From Arenicellales bacterium (lineage in GTDB: Bacteria > Pseudomonadota > Gammaproteobacteria > Arenicellales > JAJDZL01), in assembly GCA_965206345.1 (NCBI GenBank), contig OZ242211.1:1791808-1855807 (forward strand): a stretch of 64,000 nucleotides of DNA, given 5' to 3'. A program made the translations under genes and the position numbers. The notes beneath the pieces are model-generated. The model saw nothing but the letters and a program-made list of their open reading frames with translations. It was not told the DNA's origin and did not search any database. Position 1 is the first letter of the stretch. Each line of letters starts with the position of its first letter. Positions 18,791 to 26,859 of the stretch are shown here, piece after piece.

Positions 18791-19303
18791 ATGATGAAAC
18801 ATTTTAGTCGGTTGTTTGGGCGAATTCATAACGAAGAAGACCCATGGAGTTTAATTGCTATCTTCATTGCTTTCATTACGTTTGTCGTTTGCTTGGGTTG
18901 GTATTATTTCAATGTAGAATTGCGAACTTCTGCAGACAGTGACATACTCGGTATCTTAATTGCGGCCAGTATTGTCATAATTTTCTTCGTACTCACCAAA
19001 ATATTAGCAATTACCGTTCACTGGCTAACGGGTCGGAAAAAAGAAAAACCACAAAGGGATATGTTCAAAAGCCTGGGAATTGAAGAAAAGGCTGCTGTGA
19101 AAGAGTTTGTTGATATTGGACGCGAATATATGATTCGGCAAGAAATATCCGATTTGCCTCGAAACTCTGTATCTGGGATGGAATCACTGCTTCAACGAGA
19201 AATAATTCGGCACTCTCCCACAAGTGGTTACAAGAGCGAAGTATTTGTTTTGAATCGTAAACTATACAACTACGCCAGAAAACCTATTTACTTGCAAACA
19301 TAA
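18791..19303 (+). CDS. two-helix membrane protein, possibly superinfection-exclusion SieB-like
   Basis: 170 aa. It has two N-terminal TM helices, a basic stretch GRKKEKPQR, then FKSLGIEEKAAVKEFV...LLQREII. This matches the L-S-x-E-E-K...L...E-F pattern I associate with the SieB family (PF14163). That is a recollection, not a search result. Confidence 0.45.
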   Translation: MMKHFSRLFGRIHNEEDPWSLIAIFIAFITFVVCLGWYYFNVELRTSADSDILGILIAASIVIIFFVLTKILAITVHWLTGRKKEKPQRDMFKSLGIEEKAAVKEFVDIGREYMIRQEISDLPRNSVSGMESLLQREIIRHSPTSGYKSEVFVLNRKLYNYARKPIYLQT

Positions 19304-20001
19304 ATTTCTTCATCGCACCCGGAAAATTTCTCTAACTTTAACTGATTGTCGTTCAACTCAACAACAATTTTGTTACCTTCTTCTTTGAACTTGAGGCATT
19401 TCTGTCGATCCTCGATTTGATCAAGTATACGCAACACGGGATTTCTGCGCGGAAACCCCCAATTGGCTTGATAGACGACTTTGCTCCCAGGTTTGTAAGC
19501 ACGGAAATTCATGACCTTTTTTCTAATATCTTCTGATATTTCAAACTGTATTCCGTCTTCTTTTTGAACTCCGAACTGATCTTCGTAAAAACTAATAATC
19601 GTCCCAATAGTATCGCATGGATCAAGTGTAATACTATCGGCGTATTCTGCCTGTCCACTCGCACCATAGAACGGACGAAAATATAAAACAACTACTAACA
19701 GGATAGCGATACCACCAAAGGCCTTCAAATCTATGCCATATAGAGAGGTTTTTATTTTTATCATGCCGCCCACAACCCAAACGCCTGCCACTGCGATGAG
19801 CAAGCCAAGAAGTGCATCGGCAAGCGTGGCTTTTGCGGTTCCAGGCGGTACTCCTAACACGTAGATAAACAGAGTCAACAGTACTAGAAGCACTGCGCAG
19901 ACAACCAATCCCTGAACTGTGCCCTTTGAAAACCCGCGCTTCTGTGTCACCTGGTTTGAGGCAGCGGTTGTCGGCCGTTTATCCTTTTTTTCATTAGCCA
20001 T
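19288..20001 (-). CDS. hypothetical membrane protein (3 TM helices + ~110-aa soluble C-terminal domain)
   Basis: 237 aa. It starts 10 nt downstream of the preceding minus-strand ORF and converges with 18791-19303, overlapping it by 16 nt. Confidence 0.55.
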   Translation of the reverse strand: MANEKKDKRPTTAASNQVTQKRGFSKGTVQGLVVCAVLLVLLTLFIYVLGVPPGTAKATLADALLGLLIAVAGVWVVGGMIKIKTSLYGIDLKAFGGIAILLVVVLYFRPFYGASGQAEYADSITLDPCDTIGTIISFYEDQFGVQKEDGIQFEISEDIRKKVMNFRAYKPGSKVVYQANWGFPRRNPVLRILDQIEDRQKCLKFKEEGNKIVVELNDNQLKLEKFSGCDEEIYVCK

Positions 20002-20010
20002 GGCGACACC

Positions 20011-20715
20011 CTAATAAAAATTCATTGACCGCAAGCAATCGCTGAAATTGCCAACGTCTGTGGCTATGTAGGTATCAGAGTTTCCATATCCGATACAACC
20101 ACCTCCAAAGAATAATATACCGTTTGAATAGTGAGTGTTATCGACCAGAGTGGATGTGCACATTTTAGTTGCAACTTTGTTTGTAATTACTGCTTCGACA
20201 AGCGAAGAAATAGCCTCAGAATCTGACATGAGAGAAACGCTGCCTTCATCGTCAAACGTCAGTAGCGGGCTAATCAACAACATGACGAGGTCGCTCAATT
20301 CGACCGATTCTTGTCTCCTGCAACGCCACTCCAGATTGATGATATATTGGGCCGATGTGAAACGCTCGGCAAGTTCTCTTGAAATGGGAGAATCAAAGTC
20401 AAAGGGATTAGCATCGTGAGTGAAACTCGCCCAGTAATTTTCGTTGAATATTGGCACTAGCGTACTTTCCAAACGTTCAATTCCAAGCGATAAATTGTTC
20501 CCGAATCGCTGGTGCAACCTGGCAGTAGAGTTTTTGGACTCTATGAGGGTGCAGTGATTATTACTCCATATTTTGCTACAAATGTTTGAGACCTTTGCGC
20601 TCGCATTGCCAATCTCGGGATTGCAATCGCATGTTCCGCCGAATACTATGGCACTTCCTGACAATGCTAACGTTGCGATGGTTAGGATACGGATAAACAT
20701 AATATGACCTTTCAA
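20011..20715 (-). CDS. hypothetical secreted Cys-containing protein
   Basis: 234 aa. The signal peptide is FIRILTIATLALSGSAIVFG, followed by GTCDCNPEIG. No family recognised. Confidence 0.55.
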   Translation of the reverse strand: MKGHIMFIRILTIATLALSGSAIVFGGTCDCNPEIGNASAKVSNICSKIWSNNHCTLIESKNSTARLHQRFGNNLSLGIERLESTLVPIFNENYWASFTHDANPFDFDSPISRELAERFTSAQYIINLEWRCRRQESVELSDLVMLLISPLLTFDDEGSVSLMSDSEAISSLVEAVITNKVATKMCTSTLVDNTHYSNGILFFGGGCIGYGNSDTYIATDVGNFSDCLRSMNFY

Positions 20716-20967
20716 AGGAGTTAACGATGTAAACAGCGATAATAATTCATTTATTCAAGTTTCTCAATTTAGTCGATCTGGCCAAACTCTAATCCAAAAA
20801 ATCTTCACACTACTAATTGCTCCAACAATTAAAACCGCAAATACAGTATGCAATACGTACAACTACCCAGGAAATTAGTTAGAACGTTCAAACGTGCGAC
20901 AACCGCTGAACACACGTGTGGAAACCATCGATTGCTGACAGATCATCCCCATTCTTTCCGTCTAGGT

Positions 20968-20991
20968 GAAACCTAATGGCAATTCTGTTTC
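20968..20991. repeat. site S4: GAAACCTAAT-GGCA-ATTCTGTTTC (reverse complement GAAACAGAAT-TGCC-ATTAGGTTTC)
   Basis: It matches S3 at 18/24 as written and at 20/24 as the reverse complement, where one arm is 10/10 and the spacer 3/4. Orientation is therefore probably inverted but not certain, because the site is nearly palindromic. Confidence 0.5.
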
Positions 20992-21523
20992 AAACTCGGC
21001 GAGTAAATTTCAAGTTACATTCGAGCGGGCGATTGTACAAAATAAACAGCTGCGTTAAATCGTGTGATCTCCGCTCAAAGCACGTGTGGTCGGCCGTTCA
21101 TCGCTGCGCGGCTGCAGGCACAGGAGGCCTACAATGAGCAACCAGAAATGATCCTTACATAGATGACGAAATACTTTAGGGTGAAAGAATTCTGGTCTGG
21201 ATTCAGGGAGATTCAATTTAGCTATACGAACTACAGGATCTACAGGATAAAGGCGATATTGTTATTTACACTTGTTTACAATGGAGTGCAATTGATGGAA
21301 ATTCCAAAAGAGAAATTGCTGATTTGGATGGAGAATGTCTTAGTTTCAAATACTATCGTCGCGTTGTTGGAATCGAAATCAAAGTAGCAAAAATTATTTT
21401 GTTCACCATCGCACTACCCGCACTCAGACGGCAGGAGGCGAACTGAACTGTTTTTTTTGGTGTCTGGGGGAATTAGTAACTATACATCTCAAGCAATATT
21501 AACGTTTCGCATTGAGTAGAAAC

Positions 21524-22468
21524 ATGGCAAATAATACCGTACACGAAATCGTTGTTTATATCCACGGAGTTTCAACGGATGTTAAAGAAAAATCGCACGA
21601 TGAGAACTATTCAAATTTTCACAATGGTGTTCGTAAGTTAATTAAATCGGGCTGGCCTGTCAGATACTGCGGAGTAGAGTGGGGAGCGAATCTGGAATCA
21701 TCACAAACTCCAGAAAATCACCAGTTGTTAACTGTAGCTCAGCGAAATTTGGGCGGACGGGTTATGCCATGTGTGGACGAAGCCAGCGACTTCACCGTTA
21801 ATCCTGCTAGATTAGCCGCAAATGGATTTAGAAAACTGGCGTTTTATGGTTTCGGTGATATGTTCTATTACGTTTCACTTGACGGCAAGCTAGCAGTTCG
21901 CTCTGCTACCGCAAGAACAATAGTTAACTACATTTTTGAAAAGAATATCAATGCCGACGATATGATTTCGCTGACGATCGTAGGTCACTCTGCCGGATCA
22001 GTTATCGCATTTGATTTTCTTTTTTACCTTTTTTCTGAACATAGAGATGCCTGCGACTTTGTCCACAGAGACCAGGATACCAAAGAAGCGCTGAAGAATC
22101 TTGAGCAAAGAACCAAGGACAAAAATTTACGCTTACGAAGATTAATTACTATCGGTTCACCTATTACGTTCGTAGCTTGTAGAAGTAATGCAGTTCTGGA
22201 AATTTTGTCAGGTGGAAATCAGTTGAATCCCATTCATTATGGTCTAAATTCTGAACTCCAAACAGGAAAGCCGTTGGTAGGTCCTCGATGGATCAACATA
22301 TGGGATAAAGATGACCCCATCTCTTGGCCAGTTGAACCCCTGATGGGTAATCCGCATGATAAATTAGTTAAGGATGAGTATTGCGATGTATCGGACAGAG
22401 TTACCAAAGCGCATAATGAATATTGGTATAGTTCCAAGGTACACAAGATAGTTAGATCCTACTGGTAG
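21524..22468 (+). CDS. alpha/beta-hydrolase-fold serine esterase/lipase-like protein (orphan)
   Basis: Motifs are IVVYIHGV (oxyanion region), the nucleophile elbow IVGHSAGS, the acid candidate WDKDDPISW and the His candidate TKAHNEYW. The start is taken at the ATG at 21524; the track uses the TTG at 21512. Confidence 0.7.
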   Translation: MANNTVHEIVVYIHGVSTDVKEKSHDENYSNFHNGVRKLIKSGWPVRYCGVEWGANLESSQTPENHQLLTVAQRNLGGRVMPCVDEASDFTVNPARLAANGFRKLAFYGFGDMFYYVSLDGKLAVRSATARTIVNYIFEKNINADDMISLTIVGHSAGSVIAFDFLFYLFSEHRDACDFVHRDQDTKEALKNLEQRTKDKNLRLRRLITIGSPITFVACRSNAVLEILSGGNQLNPIHYGLNSELQTGKPLVGPRWINIWDKDDPISWPVEPLMGNPHDKLVKDEYCDVSDRVTKAHNEYWYSSKVHKIVRSYW

Positions 22469-22514
22469 TAGGATCTATAGTTGATCGGACAGCATTAGAA
22501 CAGAATTTGCTAGT

Positions 22515-23112
22515 AATATTGTGTTAGCAATCGTCAGTGAGCAAATTGGTTCTTTAGTTTCTTACTCGAAATAAGGAGTGGATGTAACTGCTCTATGAAG
22601 AGAAAAACCATTGCTTAGACTTCTATCTCTGAATTTGTATAGACCTGAGTATTCATTTTCAAGAAAATTGGAGACCTCGCTGACGACACCCTTGTAGATT
22701 GGCGATTTGATCATCTCAGCCGGTCGCATTGAGATTTAATTGTAACTGTCGCAATGCTTGAATCTCAAGGTGTCCAATTAATGAGCCTTCAGAATCGCTT
22801 GATTCGACTACAAGTAATCGCAAACTAAATTTTCACCTGTTCGGAGCGCTGGCGGAGTTTGAACAGAACTTAATCCGCCAAAGGATAGTAGCCAGACTTC
22901 AAGCGGCGAGAGAGAGGATATCGCTTTGACCGTCCACCCGCACTCGACAGATCAATGCAGCGATGTGCGGTTGGACTGTAGAAAAGAAAAATCTAAAGGC
23001 ACGCAAAATCTGTGAGTGAATCAAAATCTGCAAACCAACCCTCTACAAGTATGTCAAAGAGGTGGTTCAAAATAAAGAGAAACTCAAGATGAGTAGATGT
23101 GCAGATAGATAG
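22515..23112 (+). pseudogene. second, heavily decayed serine recombinase gene (same orientation as 10651-11249)
   Basis: Colinear with resolvase 1 across frames: VSEQ..., LYEEK, ADDTLVDWRFDHLSRS, MLESQGVQLMSLQ, HLFGALAEFEQNLIRQ, PTLYKYVKE. Several stops and frameshifts interrupt it. Confidence 0.65.
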
Positions 23113-23343
23113 TCTCAACGCTCATTCAAAGGTAATCGAATCAAGGCAAATTCGACTCGCCGAATTCCAGCTACATTCTTCATACGTAAACCTCGTTAAA
23201 TTGAATCACCGACTAAACCAAACCTGTCTGGCACTATAGTTTGGTATATTGTTTTGATGACTCATTCAATTGTTACTTCAGAATTCACTTGCAATATCAC
23301 GGAATTCTACATGTACTAGGCATGATCGCGAGGCTGGATATAG

Positions 23344-24114
23344 ATGGTTGGACAAGTCGGTCGTACAAAATGGGACGCAGTTTACTTAGTTTTAAGAAAT
23401 CCGCGGCTGTATATTCCAATTTTCATCTTCTTAGGCCTTGTCATTGGTGTGTTTGGTTTTACGCTTCTCAGTGGACTCACGAATTGTTCGGCTATTGATG
23501 GCAGCATATCATGCTCTCGTACCGGTTCGGTTCTCGTTGAGCGAAATCACATTACATTAATTGGGGGTTCGAACAGCAGCTGCAAAGAATTAGTTGCAGT
23601 TCCACCCTTTCTAACGTCTGTAGTACGTTACGGTGGAATAACAGGCGTTGATTTTCAGACTGCATTTGCAGAGATCTTTTCCGCTGCTTTAGGCGATGGT
23701 CGATATCGTTCTGTGCTGATAGACCCTTATCCAAGCGCAGAAAGTCAAAAAGAAAGAGAAAAACTGCTTGCAAATCTTACTGTAGCCGAAGCTATGCGTC
23801 ATTCGAAAGATAAATTAGCAAAATACAGCGATGTAGCAGATCAGAAAAAGGGAGTACTAGTAGGCCACATCTACGCTTTAAGTGATGAGCGCAGAGACAC
23901 TGGAGACCCTGCCACGGTCTTCGCAACATTTCGTATGATGAATTTGGATGGTAGCATAGCTTGGCAAGCTGCGCAGTTGCTTGCTATTGAATCGGTGCCA
24001 CCTATCGTCACAAAAGTTAGAGATATAGGGGGTGTTGGTGGATTTGAAGCTGCCTTCGTTATGGTAAACGATTTGATCCTTAACATCGATTCCGAAATCT
24101 CATGTCGGCAGTAA
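23344..24114 (+). CDS. hypothetical N-terminally anchored membrane/periplasmic protein
   Basis: 256 aa with one TM helix (LYIPIFIFLGLVIGVFGFTLLSG). No family recognised. Confidence 0.5.
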   Translation: MVGQVGRTKWDAVYLVLRNPRLYIPIFIFLGLVIGVFGFTLLSGLTNCSAIDGSISCSRTGSVLVERNHITLIGGSNSSCKELVAVPPFLTSVVRYGGITGVDFQTAFAEIFSAALGDGRYRSVLIDPYPSAESQKEREKLLANLTVAEAMRHSKDKLAKYSDVADQKKGVLVGHIYALSDERRDTGDPATVFATFRMMNLDGSIAWQAAQLLAIESVPPIVTKVRDIGGVGGFEAAFVMVNDLILNIDSEISCRQ

Positions 24115-24312
24115 GTCTGTTGCGTATCAGCTGAAGTGTTGGCGGAGGTAGATTGCTCTCGAAACACTCTTGCAGCGCGAATTCCCGATGTCGTACTGAG
24201 CAATCGTAATAAAGGATTATCTTTTAGTTACGTTTTATCTCGCCACCCACGATCAGAATTTGATAATTGGTGTGGACAAATATTAAAATTTGCAGAACAG
24301 AAAAAATTTAGC

Positions 24313-24357
24313 TTTCTAATCAGCAGATCGGAGGTCCAATCCTCCCGACGCTCCACC
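24313..24357 (+). other. degenerate tRNA 3' fragment (anticodon-loop-like TTTCTAA, Arg-TCT-like)
   Basis: The T arm GGAGG-TCCAAT-CCTCC is followed by CGACGCT-CCA. No 5' half is present. The T loop shares the odd TCC with the tRNA-like gene at 15142-15218. Confidence 0.3.
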
Positions 24358-24376
24358 TATGTCGGTTGGTTGGCCT

Positions 24377-24426
24377 ACTGACTTTTAATCAATTGGTCCG
24401 GGGTTCGAATCCCTGACGGCCCACCA
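24377..24426 (+). other. tRNA-Lys(UUU) 3' fragment (anticodon arm to CCA), likely att-site relic
   Basis: ACTGA-CTTTTAA-TCAAT-TGGTC-CGGGG-TTCGAAT-CCCTG-ACGGCCC-A-CCA closely parallels E. coli tRNA-Lys from position 27 onward. The upstream 26 nt cannot form an acceptor or D arm. Confidence 0.7.
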
Positions 24427-24558
24427 ATCCACCCTCATGGCTGGATTCAGGTTCTACTGATTAGAAATCTGAGTTCTACCTTCTAAACTCCGGCCTCGAA
24501 GACCACGTCAATCGGTATTGAGGGCGTTAGTTTGCCTGGCGGAACAAACAGGGATAGG

Positions 24559-24947
24559 ATGAAAATAACTATTTGCGCTACCAAGGGCGGCGTGAGTAAA
24601 TTATAGCAGGGCGGGATAAACGGGTGCTGCTCATAGATGCTGACCCGCAGCCATCGCTCACGAGTTACTCCAGGCTGGCCGCTGGCGCTCACGACAGTGG
24701 TTTGACAAATCTCCTGGCTGGAGAGTTGTCTCCAGAACCGCGTAGAATCAGCGTCGAGAACTTCCACATCATCGTGTCGGACGTCCCGGGCGGCTCGCTC
24801 TAAGCACGCTTGCTGCACGCTCCGGACGTCAGATTCCGGATGCTAAATCGCCTGCAGTTGATTCAGGGTTACGACATCACAATCATCGATACTCGAGGAT
24901 CTACTGGCACGCTGTTCGAATCCACAGTCCTTGCTACAGACAGCTGA
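24559..24947 (+). pseudogene. ParA/Soj partition ATPase relic of the PAPI-1/pKLC102 ICE type
   Basis: MKITICATKGGVSKL* (Walker A remnant) is followed in other frames by KRVLLIDADPQPSLTSY and LLHAPDVRFRMLNRLQLIQGYDITIIDTRGSTGTLFESTVLATD*. It is broken by stops and deletions. Confidence 0.7.
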
Positions 24948-25026
24948 CTGGCCCGACGCACGTATTCGATCATTTCACCAGGGCATCCAGGCGGTTTTTC
25001 GCTCCGGATTCGACGGATCCTAGGGA

Positions 25027-25383
25027 ATGGAAAACGGTATTCTGGTTTCCAAGGACTTCATGCGCTATGCGCGGAAAAAACCAATGCCGGTCCCGCTAGA
25101 CCACCTCAAAGCCCTTTCGAAAAGCCCAAGACGCATGGATCTTTACATTTGGCTGTTAAACAGGGATTACTGCGTCAGAAAGAACCCGGTCCGCGTTCCC
25201 CTAGTTTCGCTGCACGAGCAGTTCGCACCGGAAATTGATCCCTGCCACCACTGCTGGTTCAAAAGCAAGCTGAAGAGAGACCTAGCGTCAATTCGGGACG
25301 TCTATCAAAGATTCAATATCGAAGTTTCTTCCAGCAACCGGACCGTTTACGCTTCAATTCCTCCTGTAGATCCGCACCGTTAA
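25027..25383 (+). pseudogene. RepA_C-like plasmid replication-initiator fragment (N-terminally truncated)
   Basis: In this 118-aa ORF, SPRRMDLYIWLLNR...VRVPLVSLHEQFAPEI...FKSKLKRDLASIRDVYQRFNIEV...ASIPPV follows the pattern I recall for PF04796 proteins. It is far shorter than full-length RepA. Confidence 0.5.
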
Positions 25384-25452
25384 ATACGGACTGATCAGCA
25401 ACTGGGCAGTCTCCTACGAACCTAGGAGCGCAACAAAGTTTTCTGACTGACA

Positions 25453-26040
25453 CTAATTTGGGCATGATGGTTTGTCACTTCCACAGTTTCCTGGATTGGT
25501 AGCTAGTTCATAACACAAAGCAATTTCCGCTCTTTCCCCCGGTTTCGTGAGGATTCCTACAATCGGCACACCAGATTCATTGGCTTCCAAATAATTCCTT
25601 TCCCTTTCACAAGTATAGCGCAGGCTATTGTTTCGATAGTAAACAACTAGCTCGACATTGCATTTGTTCGTTAGGTTCGGACTGTGAACGGTTGCTTTGT
25701 CTATACCGGGCAAATCTGATAGTTGGGCACCTGTCATTGAATATGTTTGCTCCCAATCCACACTAATGCAATCTGATGGAAGTTTGGACAATTGCGAAGG
25801 TTGGGCTGCCGTACTCTTTCTTAAATTTATAATTTCCGCACGGCAAATATCTGTGCACAAGTTGTTGTAATAAATGTCTTCGCTCTGGCTATTTGCACCT
25901 TCTGCAAAATTATATTTGTCCCAGCAAGATATGGTACACTCTGTGTAAATATCAGATTCCTCTGGGTTGAGCAGGAGTTCCGCGTATGAACTAAAAGGCA
26001 GGTAAGATACGAATAAGGCTAGAATAGTTAATCGTTTCAT
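25453..26040 (-). CDS. hypothetical secreted Cys-rich protein
   Basis: 195 aa with the signal peptide MKRLTILALFVSYLPFSSYA and about 12 Cys in the mature part. No family recognised. Confidence 0.5.
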   Translation of the reverse strand: MKRLTILALFVSYLPFSSYAELLLNPEESDIYTECTISCWDKYNFAEGANSQSEDIYYNNLCTDICRAEIINLRKSTAAQPSQLSKLPSDCISVDWEQTYSMTGAQLSDLPGIDKATVHSPNLTNKCNVELVVYYRNNSLRYTCERERNYLEANESGVPIVGILTKPGERAEIALCYELATNPGNCGSDKPSCPN

Positions 26041-26859
26041 TTGAACTCCTCCGTTTAAGTTAGTCGTATTACGCCGGAGCGTGAATTAAGGAAGTTATGC
26101 AGTACCCTGATTGCTTTGCTTCAATGACACCAACACACCCCGACAACAGTAAATATACTGTCAATGAGCTATCAACCTATTCTGCCGGTTCAGTCTCTGA
26201 CCATACTATGTCTGTGTGCTGTGGATTTTCTTCACAGGGGACTATATTCTCGAACATTCTCTGGTCGTGCTTTGATTTTGTATTCGATAAGTTCAAGTAT
26301 AAATTAGTAATCTGGAACCCTAATCCAATGAAAAGGATACCCCATCGGTAAATATGCGATGATAGTTACCGGAATGGGAATGAACCAAAAAGTGTTAAAA
26401 CTTTTAAACGGAGGTATCCAATTGGAAACAATACCAGAAAATACGATCACTCTACGTGCTGTATGTGGATCGGCACGAAACCTGACTTGTACCCTTTGAA
26501 AATTCACAGTATTTGTCTTTGTTGTGAACAACAGATTCATCGTTTGCTCGTTCTGCCTTGAGTTCAAGTTGCTCCAACCATGAATCATGATCGAAACCTG
26601 GATGAAAGTTTGCAGGCACTGTGTGCCCAAAAGTACCGTATTTGTGACCAATCGCTTCGTAGTTCTTGAAAAAGGCTGTAAACACGTTGCCAATATTTCT
26701 TTATGTTGACCCAAATTCAAATGATTATTCAAGGTGCTCGGTCACGGTTGGAATGTAGTGGAGGGACTGAATTTGTGAGAGGAATGATTGTAGAATGAAA
26801 TGGAACAGATCTTTAGAAGCTGGTGCCAACGCACTCACTTGCGACAATCTGCCTAAATT

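Noticed and set aside
22454-22476. 9-bp stem hairpin AGATCCTAC-tggta-GTAGGATCT overlapping the hydrolase stop codon, as a terminator
   Set aside because: No T-tract follows it, so it cannot be called an intrinsic terminator from sequence alone.
24483-24818. 111-aa minus-strand ORF
   Set aside because: It runs antisense across the ParA relic. The plus strand carries the recognisable (broken) ParA motifs.
26304-26732. Overlapping minus-strand ORFs (142 aa and 77 aa in different frames) that might be one frameshifted gene
   Set aside because: Neither frame has recognisable motifs, and the junction cannot be placed. They are left unannotated.
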